A stretch of DNA of 62,981 nt, counting the filler, from Olpidium bornovanus S191 (lineage: Eukaryota > Fungi > Olpidiomycota): assembly GCA_017911155.1 (NCBI GenBank). It is 29 parts of 29 records of this genome, joined end to end, with 100 filler letters (N's around TTAATTAATTAA, not from the genome) between each part and the next. Parts side by side here need not be neighbours in the genome. Positions count along the whole stretch, not along the records: positions 45,085 to 49,200 come from JAEFCI010009701.1; positions 49,301 to 50,947 come from JAEFCI010011923.1; positions 51,048 to 53,231 come from JAEFCI010005708.1; positions 53,332 to 56,575 come from JAEFCI010003160.1; positions 56,676 to 58,368 come from JAEFCI010012402.1; positions 58,469 to 59,902 come from JAEFCI010001881.1; 23 more parts are not named here. The stretch is one strand, 5' to 3'. The position numbers and the translations under genes are program-made. Shown here in pieces: positions 45,803 through 59,043 of the stretch. The notes under the pieces are model-generated. The model made no database searches and was not told where the DNA came from. It was given only the letters and a program-made list of their open reading frames with translations. The stretch's first letter is position 1. The number at the start of each line of letters is the position of its first letter.

Positions 45803-45812
45803 GTCACGTGAC
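45803..45812. promoter_or_regulatory. Palindromic E-box GTCACGTGAC upstream of H2B
   Basis: It lies about 125 bp 5' of the H2B ATG. The identical 10-mer also occurs at 1071, 4263, 51094 and 54683. Confidence 0.55.
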
Positions 45813-45937
45813 GCGCGGTGCACTCCCCGAACCAAAAGAAAAAAAAAAAAAGAAACCTACGAAAACCTACCCGGACGCACGCACACCACACTCCGCCTTG
45901 AACGTGCCCTTCCGCGAAGCGACCCCAAAACACAGCA

Positions 45938-47466
45938 ATGCCCCCGAAGCCGTTCCCCGCTTCCACCACCGGAACCGCCGCCGGCGGTGCTGGTGGGTTG
46001 ACCTTTCCCCGCTAGTTTTTGTTTTCCCCCAGGTTTCCCGCGGAAAACGATTTTTCTTTTCTTTTTTCTTTTTTTTCTTTTTTTTCTTTTTTTTTTTTTT
46101 GGTGCGGCGGGGACTCAACCGTTTGCTCCGGCGGTTGGATCGTGCGTTTTTCGGGCCCGCGCCGCCGGGGCCCTTTCTTTTTGTGTTGCGCTATTTGCCT
46201 GGCGTGTGCTCGACCGCCGCCGCGTTTTACGCGCGTTCTTGCGGTCTGGTCACACTCCGCACCCCGGACGCTCCGTCGGATCCCTTTTTCAGCTGAAAAG
46301 AAACCCGCGGCCCCCACCGCGGGAAAGGCTCCTGCGAAGACCGCCTCCAAAACCGAGAAGAAGGAAGGGAAGAAGAAGAAGCCCGTGCGCAAAGAGGTGA
46401 ACATTTGCTGCCTGCTTTTTGCGGCTCGGCCTTTTTTTCGCGTTTCGCAGCTGGCGCGTGTGATCCCGTGCACGGGAAAGGACATTCTCGTTGCGGAGGG
46501 CACATTTACGCGTTTGCCGAACGCCCTGGGACTGCGACGCGTGTGCTGCGCGGTTCTTCGGACTTCGGAGTTGCCGTTTTTTTTTATTGTGCAACAACTT
46601 CGTTCTTACCTGCGTTTCCTCCAGACCTACAGCACCTACATCTACAGGGTGCTCAAACAGGTGAGGGCTTTTGTCTTATAGTTGCAGCACTTTGGTTGTG
46701 CTCTGCCGCTCTGCTCTCTCACCTACAAGTCTCTCCCGAAAATCAACTTCATTGCAAAGGTCCACCCTGACACCGGCATCTCGAACAAGGCAATGTCCAT
46801 CCTGAATTCGTTCGTGAACGGTAGGTTCTGCTTCTATGCTTGCGGACCGTTTCGGAAAAAGAACTTGGGGGGGAGGGGTGGGGGTGGGAGGGGGGGACGG
46901 AATGGCGAATCCCCAAAGGGGAAAAAACCGCCTTTTAAAAGGAAAGAACTTGTTGAGTGAGCGGACGAATCATACAAGAAAGAGGCTCTGTACGCTGCTG
47001 TTCGGGTATCTCCCGAAGTCGACCTTCGCACTTTATAGAACGCGGAAGCAAAATATTCAATCGTGTCTCTACGCGGGAAATACTTTTTGTTTGAGTTTGC
47101 GCTCTAATCTTCTTTGCGTCGCTTCCCATGTCAATCTTCGTTCGTTGGTAGACATTTTCGAGCGCATCGCTGCTGAGGCATCCAAGCTCGCTGCCTACAG
47201 CAGGCGCTCTACCATCTCTTCCCGCGAAATCCACACTGCGGTAAGCGCGCCGTGTCTTAGATTGGAATTTTTCGAGCATATGCGCCACAGAAATTTTTGA
47301 CCAATACGACATCTGATTTTTTTCGATTTTTCTATTGTGCTCGTTTTTTCCTGTTGCAACTTTTCCACTACGCCAGGTTCGCCTTGTGCTTCCGGGAGAA
47401 CTCAGCAAGCACGCCGTCTCCGAAGGCACCAAGGCTGTTACCAAGTACACATCCGCGGCAAAATAG
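45938..47466 (+). CDS. H2B: Histone H2B, complete, 6 exons
   Basis: Exons 45938-45992, 46293-46396, 46625-46660, 46760-46820, 47152-47240, 47377-47466. Reads [64 protein letters not shown]-stop. Confidence 0.98.
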
Positions 47467-48783
47467 GCAAACAGGCTACACGTTCGACCCTGCACAACGA
47501 CGTTGCTGGTCATGCATGTTCAACCCGTTAGCTTGGCGTAGTTCACAATTTGTCATTCATTCTGTGGCTCGGCTTTGTTCAACATTTAGCTCGGCGTCGG
47601 TAAATGCCCGGGTGACGAAGAGGGAAAAGAAGTTGCACTCGGAATTGGGAAATACATTTTTCTGTTGTTTTCCAACAATGATTAATAATTCGGCGTACTA
47701 TCGTAGACGTTTCGCCGAAGTTGCGCAACACCTCCGGCCTCCCCCTTCATCCCCACACCCCACCCCCATCACATTCCCGGCCGCTATGGGCGTCTCCGAC
47801 ACGTGTACGCTCGCATCTGATGGCGTTCCAACAGCAAAGCATTCTCACGGCGTATGAGGGTAGGAGTTGATTTCAGTGTCCATGGGCGACCGCGGCCGCC
47901 AGGTTGCGCTTGTCGAACCGCCAACTTGTTCTCGTTTCTCCAGGCGTTTTTCGCGTTGGAAGTAGTCGATCTCCCTGCTTTCTCCCGCGGGTAGATCCAC
48001 CCAAAACGTTCGTCGCCCCGACGTCCGCGGGCCAACGGCATTATTAGCGCGCCGGGCTGGCCCCCTTCCTGTACGTACTCGCTAAAGTGGACCCTCACCC
48101 CGCCATGCAGTAATGCTCCTCCTTCCCTGCCCGCACGTTCTTCGCATCCGGACAGACGCCCATTGCAGGTTCGCGTCAGACCGGCGCGCCATTGCGGGCC
48201 GTCACGTCCCTGCCTAGCCCACCAGTTGACCGTCGCGCCATTGCACGTTCGGGCCACTGGTCAAAACCCCGTTTTGCCGCAGCCCGACACCGGTGCGATC
48301 TTATGTACTGTAACTCTGCAAAACCAAACCAACCAAACCAACCAAACCCCCCCTTTCGTGGACTGTGGCGCTTCCCGCGTTTTTCCACCCCACCCCTTGC
48401 ACATGAGGACGTCTCGGACAGGCAACTTTGATAGAGCGGCGGCATGGAGGCCGTTCCGGAACGGGCGCATTAACGGTGCCGCGGACCGAGACGAAGCGGC
48501 GCTTTGCACAACGCGAAATCTCAGAGTCCAGTAAGAGACGTCCGCGTGCTGCCCCGGGGGACCGAGGAGTTCCGGCCACACGATCAAGTTGCGCAAGCGC
48601 GCCGTCGTTCCGGGCTACGCTTCGTCGTTGTCATCAGCGGCACAAACGCAGCCGCCTAAGTTGATTCGCGGAAAGAGAATTGAGGGTTACGAGACTCCGA
48701 ATGGCGGAGAGGGGTGAGGTATTTCTAGAAGTTAGCAGCTCCGATGTTCTCAGCCCATTTGCTTGTAGACTCCCGAACGTGCT

Positions 48784-48821
<38 letters not shown>

Positions 48822-49565
48822 CCGCGTCGGCATCTCTACTGAAAAAAAAAACGAAAGGCGAGAGAGCACCGCTGCATAGGGCGCTCCCCGAAGGATCTTC
48901 GGATTCCATTTGCGGAACCACAGGCAGGCCGACCGCCAGATGAGGCGCAGTGAAGCGGCGCACGCGACACTTGGCAGGTTCGGCGCGTGACGCGGATGAA
49001 GCGCTGCTCGAGCGTGTTTTGGAACGAAAGACGAAAGGGCGAGAAGGCCAGTCTTTTTATCGAGCGAGCCCTGGGAAATTCCCACGAACGTAACGTCAAC
49101 CTGGTGTGGGAGTGCTCCAGCATAAGGTCACCGCTTCTGCCCCGTTCCATCTGGCTTCCGGTATCCCTGGAGTCAGTATCCCTGGCGTCGGTATATCATG
49201 NNNNNNNNNNNNNNNNNNNNNNNNNNNNNNNNNNNNNNNNNNNNTTAATTAATTAANNNNNNNNNNNNNNNNNNNNNNNNNNNNNNNNNNNNNNNNNNNN
49301 CATGCTTTGACAGTTCACCGGCTGTCATCTTTACATCGCCCTTTAGAAAGGAAAACGAAAGCAGGATCACTAGACAGTAATGCAAGCCTACACAAGAAGC
49401 ACCAGCGGCCCTCAGCCTACACTCTTGCACAGGCTCAACTTTTTACTGTACCTTAAAATCAAATTCTGTACCTGTCGGGCAACGCGACGGCGACCGTTTT
49501 TTGACATCAGTCACGCCAAACGGCAACCTGTAACAAAGACGTGCAACGCATCTACGTCGCCAACC

Positions 49566-50170
49566 GCCTACTTACATCGTAACTTGAGCTCCCTGACCAA
49601 CCGCGTGCTGACGCTGAACGGCACGGACCCGAGTGCGACCCCCTTCTTCCCGGGAAGCCTGGGCGGAAATCCAGCTCTGGCGAACGCGGCCACGCAAGGC
49701 GGCTGCTGAGCCCCCGCTTCGGGCGACTCGCGGTCCGCCACGTCCGCGTGCACCACCTGCACGTGGCGTTTCGCCGCGGCCACGGACGACGAGGAAGCAT
49801 GGAAGCCGACGAGCATTTTGGCTCCAACGGCCGACAGCTGGCACAGAATCTCCGTGAGCACGCGCGGCCGGCGCGCGGCGCCGGCGCCGCCTGCGTCGTA
49901 GGTGTGGGCAAAGTAGCCGCGCGGAAGTTTCCGACTCGACGCCCGCGGGCACAGAAACGACGGCGGGCTGCGGGCCTGCGGTGGCGGCAGGCGCAGGGCG
50001 GGCTCGCCGAAAGTCGCAACAGTCGCGACGCACCGCCGGGCGGCCGGCGGCTGTCGCGCCAAGCGCAAGGACCAGATAGAGGAGGCCACGCCCAGGCAAG
50101 CGCTGCGGTCGCGGCCGCAAGGCAGAAGACCATCGAACGGGAGCGGAAGCGATACTTCTGCTTGACGCGA
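49566..50170 (-). CDS. Possible KsgA/Dim1/TFB1M-Mtf1-like rRNA adenine dimethylase-fold protein, internal exon
   Basis: VQVVHADVAD..VALGSVPFSVSTRLV resembles TFB1M LRIVHGDVL..IIGNLPFSVSTPLI. The segment ends at a GTAAGT donor. SAM-binding motif I is not recognisable. Confidence 0.4.
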
Positions 50171-50877
50171 CAAGCACGACACGTCCGCGGACGCACCGCG
50201 GGGCACCGACCCGGAGCACCCCCCGGCGGTCGCCGCACAGCGGTCCCTACGGGCGATGCGGACGGCGACGCGTGGGGCGGCGCCCGTGCACCCGGCGCCG
50301 GCCAGCGGGAGGTGTTGCGGCACGGAGGCTTGTCGGAGGCGGGCCACGGCCGGTGGCGGCATGGGCGGCCACCGTTTTCGCGCCCAGCAGCGGCGGAGGG
50401 TATCGGAGAGAGTGCGGTCAAGCACACTGCAAGGGGCGAGGCACAGGAGCGGCGTCAAAGCGCCGCTCATTCCCTAACCGTTTCCGGGCCTTGTGACGCA
50501 CCTCTCTCTGGGGGTTTCCACAAACCGCGCTCGCCAACGCTTTTCGCGTCCCAGGTGAGGGAGCGCGAGCGGCGAGCTCTCTCTTGCGCTGGCCTTTTCA
50601 AGAGCGAGCCGCCGGAACGTCCGAGATCCAGCCCCGGCAACACCTCTCGCCTCGCGGCCTCGCCGTCGTCGCGGAGGACGGGCTCTGTCTCGGTCGCGGT
50701 CTCTCTGTGCGTCTTTCTCTTTCAGTCACTATCTCTCGGTATGTCTCTCCGTAATCTTTTCTCTCTCTGCTCTCTCTCTCGCGCGCGCGCTCTCCCGCTC
50801 TCTCGCTCCTTCTCCTTCTCTTCTCTTCTCCGGCGCTGGCGGTAGCGGCGCCGCTCGCTCGCTGCGGTCGGGCTGGT

Positions 50878-50912
<35 letters not shown>

Positions 50913-51555
50913 CTCTTCCCTCCTGCACGCCGGCGTGCTGAGTGATANNNNNNNNNNNNNNNNNNNNNNNNNNNNNNNNNNNNNNNNNNNNTTAATTAAT
51001 TAANNNNNNNNNNNNNNNNNNNNNNNNNNNNNNNNNNNNNNNNNNNNCATGTGCTGTTGTAGGGCCTTACGTGACCTCGGGAGCACCTTGTAGGTCACGT
51101 GACGTTTTCTTTGAGGTCTACAAACAGAATGTTTCAAGTAACGCATCTAAATTGGGGAAAATCTGTGCAGGGAGGCTAAGTCAGTTCAGAGTCTACATAT
51201 TTGTTTTCTTTTTGTTGTTGTTTTGTGTGTTCTGGGTTGCCTGCTCGAAGCGCCCAATGCTGTGGCGCATGCATGGTATGTAAGACTTTCCGGCGGACCG
51301 TTTGGCCCGGCCCGAGACAACGCTGGCAAAGTCCACAACAGTGGCCGAGAGGACTCACCCCGAGGTTTCCGCTTGAATTGTGCGAATCGAGGACGCCGCC
51401 CGCGGAGGCAAGCGCGCTGGGCGACGGAGGAGGGGGAGGCGACGCGGCTGTGGATCCTGCCACCCCCGCGCGGTCAAAGTGTGCAAACACACCCTCCGCC
51501 TAAGAGTCGCGCCGGACGGACGCCGCGACGCGGCTTTGAGTCGGCGCACAGTTCC

Positions 51556-53100
51556 ATGGCCGCGGCTGCAGTAGCGAAGTTTCACTTATGCACGCGCGTC
51601 ACCCAAGCCTACCCTCGTGGTGTCGGCGATCTCTGCAGGAGGCGGTGGCGATCGTCTGAGCGACAGGTGGGACCGGAGGAGCATTTACGGCACGGCACAA
51701 CACGGTTCCAGGCCCGCGAACTGCCAGCTATGCACTTACCAAAGTGCCCTGCCTAGTGGACGCGCTTGGTTCGGTTCAAGGAGGCAGAGACGGGCAGAGT
51801 GCTTTTCGGCCAGGCGGATAATTGCGAGAATTTGCGCGAGGTCCGCGTCCTAGATATCCCAACTGAGGCAGCATCTGCGGAGGACACAGTGAAGGCACTC
51901 TTTGAAGAGACCGGGGACAAGGTGACGGAGCGCACGGCCATTGCTGAGAGAGTACGTTAGAGATCACCGTTCACCCGGACGTCGTTGTCTGGCAGTGGAG
52001 ACGCGTGGTATGGCTTTTAAGCACTGGCCTTCGGAATGGCCTCAGCTTCTTTCGCCGGTTCCCAGAGTACCGATTTTCTTGTGTCTCGGGTTGAACTATC
52101 GGCGGCATGCGGAAGAAGGTTAGCTTAACGTTTCACTTGGAGTCAGCGACGTGCCATCAGCAGCTCTGACTTCGCCGGTTTAATCATGACCGTCGGTAGT
52201 GAAGCTTCCGTTGCCAAAGTACCCGATGCTGTTTACGAAACCGCCGAACGCGCTGAACCATCCGGACTCCACCGTGCTCGTCCCGCAGATCGTCACTGAA
52301 AACGAGGTGGATTACGAGGGAGAGCTGGCCGTAGTTATTGGCCGACCATGCAAGGACGTCAGCAAAGAGCACGGTAGTTCTGGCGGACATATGTCGCGTT
52401 TTGACCGCACACACTTTCGACCTTTTCTAATCGTTTTGTCGATTATCGGCGCCTGGTAGCCTTGAACTACGTTTTAGGGTACACTGCCGGTAATGTTTTC
52501 ACTGACTGATCAGGATAAATTGCTGGCCTGGGGCAAAGGGATAGATCGCGGAGATATTTTTTTTTTGGCAGGCAACGACATCTCCGCCAGGAAATGGCAG
52601 GGAAATCTGCGCGGGGGAGGCCAATGGTGTTTCTCGAAAAGTTTTGATGGGGTCAGCAGATTTTTGTGAAACGTACGTTTGCTGGATGTTCGATGACGAG
52701 CAGGTTTGACGAACAAGCTTGTCCATTATTTGGCTCTCCCAAGTTTGCCCCGATAGGTAAGAAACATCTGGCCTTGGCGCTTCGCGATAAACGGTTATGA
52801 AATCTAGCAATTCACAGAATCTCGTCACCCAGGTCCAACGCTCGTCCGGGCCTCGGAGGTGCCGGACCCACAAAAGATTCGAATTCAGACCCGCTTGAAC
52901 AGGAGGATAGTAAGGGCAGAGGTTTCCCGTGTTCGCGTATCGCTGGAAGTGGAGTCTTGCTGAAAATCCCAGCTCCCTCCCTTCTGCTGTAGGGTGTGTG
53001 CCTCTTTTGACTTCCGGCCGTTTTCGGCTTTTATGTGCGACACCGGCCGCTGATTTTCAACTGCGTCAAAACAGTGCAAGATTCGCAAACTTCCGGTACG
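51556..53100 (+). CDS. Fumarylacetoacetate hydrolase family protein (FAHD2-like), at least 8 exons; 3' end missing
   Basis: WTRLVRF, CLGLNYRRHAEE, YPMLFTKPPNAL, VDYEGELAVVIGRPCKDV, LNYVLGYTAGNDISARKWQ, QWCFSKSFDGFAPIGPTLV. Confidence 0.93.
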
Positions 53101-53165
53101 GGTCAACGGTTTCGCGTCCCGAGTTCTTTTGCCGCCCTTAGCGGTGTCTCTGCTACTTACCTCCT

Positions 53166-53196
<31 letters not shown>

Positions 53197-55779
53197 TTTT
53201 TTTCTTTTTCTTTTTTTTTTTTTTGTCTGTCNNNNNNNNNNNNNNNNNNNNNNNNNNNNNNNNNNNNNNNNNNNNTTAATTAATTAANNNNNNNNNNNNN
53301 NNNNNNNNNNNNNNNNNNNNNNNNNNNNNNNCATGCACATCGCGGAAGCTTTTACTGCCAGGCAAACTTGAAAAATTCTGGACGAAATTCATTGTCATAC
53401 CTCTACGGCGAACAGGTTGCAACTCAAGAATTTCTTTTTCAACCAAGCAGGAATTGCGGAACAATTCATCGCACAGAAACGCAGTGGAACTGAACCAACC
53501 TGGTGACAAAATCTTTGATCAGAACAAGAGTATTATGTTTGCGTCCATTATGCCGAACCTTATCAGCACCGGTTCCGCGTAGTGCCTTTGATCCGTTGTG
53601 ACAGGTCAATCTTCTGCCTTTTGCTTCCTGATTCCCAAAATAAGCACAGCTTCCACTTTTCCGATTGTATATAATAAAATCTACTATAAACGGAGTACGC
53701 AACAATACGTTAATAAATAGTAATATATATAAATTATAGGTATAGTCTGGGAATAATTTACTAGTAGTTTACGGTAAAGCATTTTAAAATTTTTTTCCAG
53801 TTTCTTTTCAAAGTGTATGATGGTCTTCCTGTCTGGCCGCGTCAATAACAAATCATCAAAATTTGATTTTGATCACCTCTAAGGTCAAAGACGCAAGGCT
53901 TGTTTGGTCAGGTCGAAGCGAGTCAGTTTGATAAAGTCGATGGTTCCAGACCGGAGGGAATCTTTCTTATCCTCTTTTTGTCCCCTCGTCCCCCTTCGCC
54001 ACTCGTTTTTCGCGCGTCGCGATTAATTGTTCTCGCCTTCACGCGTTATTTCGCCCTCGCGCCTTGCTCTTTCCGCGAAATTAACGTTACCTCCAGCGTC
54101 TCGCCCCGCTCGACCACACTGACAACTTTCTCTCAGTTCCCCCATCGGCGCCCTATGCCGTACTTGATCTTTTTGCGTGTTCGGGTTTTTCGGTTTGTTC
54201 CGTGCACAAAAGCGGGATTACCTCCACAGCGTAAAGCCTCGCGCGGCAAACCGCGCTCGATCTTTACTGATGTGCTCCATTGGGGCTCATCTTGCGCTCG
54301 AATCCCCATTTTCCTTGCGGTGCTTGTCTGTCCATTGGGTCACGAGACGAGCTCCAAAGCCGGGAATCCTGTCAGCGTCTCGATCTCCATCCGCATCGCT
54401 TCCTTCCATTTCCCTGCTTCCATTTCCAGTCCTTCCGGTCTGGCCCGCGTTTGACCTTGCCGCGAGTCCTCAGCAGTGGCGCGGGGTGAGGGAGGAAGAC
54501 TTTCTGCTGAAACCGCAGCCTCCCTCGGGAAGCTACGTGCAGGACGGCCTCGGCCGTTTGGGGATTTTATTCACACAGTGCGCGAACGCGTAAAGTTGCC
54601 ATCTTCGGCGCCGTCTTCTGCGGCAGGCCGTCCCAGCTCAATCAATTTCCCCGTCAATCAGCCCAGCGATTGTCTAGAACAGGTCACGTGACCTTTTGCC
54701 TGTGGAGCACCACCTCCCGCAACAAATCCCAACAGCCTCTCGTTTCTGAAGAAGGTGCGAACTTCGCCCTTCTTGATCTTGTCCGTGACCATGATGCCGA
54801 TTTTGCGGAGGGTGTTGATGACGTCTTACTGGCTAATAAATAAAACAAAAGGGGTCGCTCACCGCTGACTATGAGCCCATAGCCCCGCTGACACTGCGTT
54901 CACTATTTGCCATGGAGCCTACGTCGCGGAAAACGGTCGTCATCGGAGAGCGCAAAGTGCTGAACGAGAAATACGCTAAGGAATAAAGCAGACAACTTCA
55001 CCTTTTATCGATCTCCGGTGGAGAAGGTTTTTTTTGCCCTTCCAGTCGCTGCGGAAAGGCCCGTCGTTTTATCAACGTCTTTCTCTCAGACCGAGCTTTC
55101 ACCATGCCTGTCGGAGAAGCCCGTCGCTTCGCACGTAGGCAGCAAGATCCGCCGCGCCTCGCGGGGGGCGACAAACTCGCAACTCGCGGGTTGGCCTCGG
55201 CGTCAGCCAAGGAAGGCGCGACGATGCAGCCAACGATGACCACGGCCGTGCCACAGATTCGCTGCGGCGAGAACGGCTGACAACGCCGGCACCGCCGCCT
55301 GCTGAGGGCAAAGAAGGAAATGAATCGCTCCGCAAGCAGCAGCGGCTACAAACTGTGGCGTTCGCCGAGATGCACCGGTTGCTTCACGAGGAACGCGCGC
55401 ACCAGAACCAGTGCCAGCCCTGATCGACTTGGGGCGGATCGACCGGGGCCGCCGGCGGAGGCAGAACCAACCGGCTTCTGGCTCGCGAGGAGCTCAAAAC
55501 GATCAGTTGGGCGGGGGAACGCGTCAAATCGCACGCGCCTTCACGACGAAGCGCAGGGGTGACGCAGACAAAAAGGCCACGACGGTCGCGCACGAGAATC
55601 GAAGGACAACGGTGGAGACGACGCCCGGGAAGACAGCCGACACTACCGGGTCGTGCTCCGATCGAACGAAGACGAGGGGAGGACGGGGCCCGACGGTCGT
55701 GTCGACGAGCAATGCGCCGATGCGCCGAGGTTATTTTTCAATTTGTTTGCGTGGCGGGTTGCGGACGTGAGGCGTGGAT

Positions 55780-56130
55780 CAATGGCGGACCGGTCCATGT
55801 ATAGGGCGTTGTAGGTCTCGATATATTTCTCGAGGTCGCCCCACAGCTTTGCTGCGTCGCCTCCGTGAGCTTTACGGTAGCCGTCTGGAGGTGTTCTCGT
55901 GGATAGTAGGCGGCTACGAGGGCCTTCTTTAGGTCTCCCCAGCCGGTCCAACGTAGCGCGCTGCCCACGGGGTTTGCGGCGGTGTGGCTTTGCCACGTGA
56001 CAGCCGCCTGTCCCGTCTGTCAGTTGATGGCCAAGTCCAGAGCTTCTTCGTCGTTGAATCTTGCACGTTTGGCTGCAAGTTCAAGTTAACCCGTCGAGGG
56101 TTGCCGCGCCTCCTGTTCCGTCCGAAGGTT
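55780..56130 (-). mobile_element. Decayed Ty3/gypsy gag (Retrotrans_gag-like) fragment
   Basis: PTF/DGT..LELAAKRARFNDEEALDLAIN*QTGQAAVTW..WTGWGDLKKALVAAYYPREHLQTATVKL..Q../DLEKYIETYNALY, with a stop and frameshifts. Confidence 0.7.
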
Positions 56131-56675
56131 GGAATTGCCCCAAGGAGTGTCCCCGCAAGTAGGGCGTTCATAGGGGTATGACACGACTTCTTTCCGGCGT
56201 CGGGTTCGTCTTCGGAGTCCCCCTACGTCCTCGTTGAAGGAGTTTTCTTGAGTCCCCGGCGGGGGCGAGTTTCCGCGGCCGCACCTTTTGAGGTCTTTCA
56301 GCCTCTCGGCGCGGGCTATCTGGTTTTGCAGAGTCGCCTTTTGCCCCTTGCGGCGTCTCCTTTTGCGCGGCGTGGTATCTGTCCTCGTCTGAACAGGACG
56401 GAGTGTACCACCCTCTGCGACTTGACGGACAGTTTCTCCGAGGTCGAGAGCCTTGACGCGGTCGACCTTGACGGAGACGCGGGGTGAGCCCGTGAAGGCG
56501 GAAAGAGGCGAGGAAAACCGCATTTCGTGGCGTCGCTCCTTCTCCACGGCTCGGCGAGGCGCCTGTTTTTACATGNNNNNNNNNNNNNNNNNNNNNNNNN
56601 NNNNNNNNNNNNNNNNNNNTTAATTAATTAANNNNNNNNNNNNNNNNNNNNNNNNNNNNNNNNNNNNNNNNNNNN

Positions 56676-58368
56676 CAAGTCCACCCTCGACGTTTACAAG
56701 CAGTACTTTGAGAGTCCTTTCATCCAAGCGACGGAGGTCTACTACAAGGCTGAGTCAGAAAAGTTCGTGAGCGAGAACTCGGTGACAGACTACATGAAAA
56801 AGGCCGAGGCGCGGCTGAAGGAGGAGGAGGACCGGCTACAGGTGTACCTGAACCCGGCCACGGCGAAGCCTCTTCTACGGACATGCGAGGCCGTGTTGGT
56901 CAAGAATCACATGGAGATCATGTGGGAAGAATTCCAAAACCTCCTCGACAATGACAAACAGGACGACCTATTTAGGATGTACTCGCTGCTGAGTCGCGTC
57001 GCCGAGGGACTTGATCCGCTGCGAACGAGATTTGAGACGCACGTCCGCCGGGCCGGTCTCGCAACGATCGAGCGGATAGCTGACCACGGAGGCGACGCTG
57101 CGGCCATGGTTCGTATCGATCAACGCGCCACGCCCAAACTGTCCTGTCTGCCGCTGAGGGCAATCTGCGTTTCCTCCGGTTACCCGTAAACCAGGAGCCG
57201 AAGACCTACGTGGACGCCTTGCTGGAAGTGCATAAGAAGTACAACGAACTGGTTGTCTCCGCCTTCCGAGGAGAAGCAGGTTTTGTCGCCTCGTTAGACA
57301 AGGTTTGTGTTCGTCGCGCGAGCGAATTTTCCCTCGCTTCCGGTCATCGACTCACAAGGTAGCCGCACGCCAGGCATGCCGGGAGTTTGTCAACCGGAAC
57401 AAGATCTGTAAATCTTCGACTTCGCGCTCCCCGGAGCTTTTGGCGCGGTTCTGCGACTCTCTGCTGCGCAAGAGCAGCAAAAATCCAGAGGAAGTGGACC
57501 TGGAGGAGATGCTGAACAGCATAGTAGGTACTTCGACACCTCGTTGGCACCCCGTGCCTCTGCGTCTAAGCGTCCTAACTGTCATTCGCAGATGACCGTC
57601 TTCAAGTACGTGGAGGACAAGGACGTTTTCCAGAAGTTCTACTCCAAGATGCTGGCGAAGCGCCTGGTGCACGGAACGTCCGCTTCCGAGGACGCGGAGG
57701 CCAACATGATCACGAAGCTGAAGGAGGCTTGCGGATACGAGTACACGTCGAAGCTGCAGCGGATGTTCACCGACATCGGCCTTAGCAAGGATCTGAACGA
57801 GGCGTTCAACAGCCAGATGAATACCACGCACGACGAGGCGGACCTAAGCGTGGATTTTTCCATCATGGTTCTCGGTACATCGGCGTGGCCGTTACAACCG
57901 CCGGCGACTAAGTTCACCATACCCGAAGACGTACGATGCTTTTTTCCAACTCGCCGCACAACCCACGCGTAAACAATTCTCCGCGTTAACGCCCCCCCCC
58001 CCCCCCCTGTGTAAACACGTTCTCGGGTTCCCCGGACAGCTCGTGCAGTCTTACAACCGCTTCCAGAAATTTTACCAGTCGAAGTACTCCGGCCGGAAGC
58101 TCAACTGGCTTTTCCAGCTGTCGAAGGCGGAGCTGAAGGCCAACTACCTCTGCAACAAGTCCGGCGGCCCGAGGGCGAGCTACACGTTCCAGGTTTCGAC
58201 GTACCAAGTCGGCATCCTCCTCCAGTACAACAACTCCCCGTCGTGCACCCGTCTGGAGCTTCTGCAGGCTACGGAGCTCACACCGGAAGTCTTGGACGGG
58301 ACGCTGGGAGTGCTGGTCAAGCTCAAGGTGCTCATCGAGGAAGATAAGACGTTCCATCTGAACATGGA
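56676..58368 (+). CDS. CUL1: Cullin-1 (Cdc53), internal part, 5 exons
   Basis: [91 protein letters not shown]. Confidence 0.97.
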
Positions 58369-58656
58369 NNNNNNNNNNNNNNNNNNNNNNNNNNNNNNNN
58401 NNNNNNNNNNNNTTAATTAATTAANNNNNNNNNNNNNNNNNNNNNNNNNNNNNNNNNNNNNNNNNNNNGGGGGGGGGGGGGGGGGGGGGGGGGGGCCAGG
58501 GGAGAAACGAAGGGGGAAAAAAAACGCCAAATTAGACACCTCCTCCTCTCGTTCTCGCTATGCTCTCTCAATGTTTGGTTGGCACTGTCCGTCTGTCTCA
58601 CTTTCTCTCTGTCTCTTTTCATTTCTTTTTTTTTCTTTTCGCTCTGTTCTCTGTCT

Positions 58657-58693
<37 letters not shown>

Positions 58694-59011
58694 CTCTCTC
58701 TCTCGATCTCTCTCTCTCGCTCTCTCTCGCCCTCTTTTTCCTCTCCCTCTCATTGTCCTCCTCTCCATTCCCACTCCCGATCCAGTCGGCCCCGACAACG
58801 TCCGCAAAACCCGCAGCCTCTCCCCTCCCCTCCCTTTGCCCTAGATTGGAAGGGCCGCCGGCAGCCAAGTATGCCCTCTGTAACTCCGCGGCCGCGCTTG
58901 ACGTTATCTCGTCGGCCGGCCAGTCCCCTCAGCGGCCAGGTCCTCCCAGAGCCTGTGGGCATCCCCCCGCCCCCCCCTAGTCCCTCCCGCGCACCCCCCC
59001 CCCCCCCCTTT

Positions 59012-59043
<32 letters not shown>

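Noticed and set aside
49748-50845. 365-aa plus-strand ORF
   Set aside because: It is an Arg/Gly/Ala-rich GC shadow. The only motif-bearing frame is on the minus strand.
54690-54845. Exon-like frames on both strands (DVINTLRKIGIMVTDK.. and NKSQQPLVSEEG..)
   Set aside because: No consistent splice model or family match. The minus frame is preceded by an in-frame stop.
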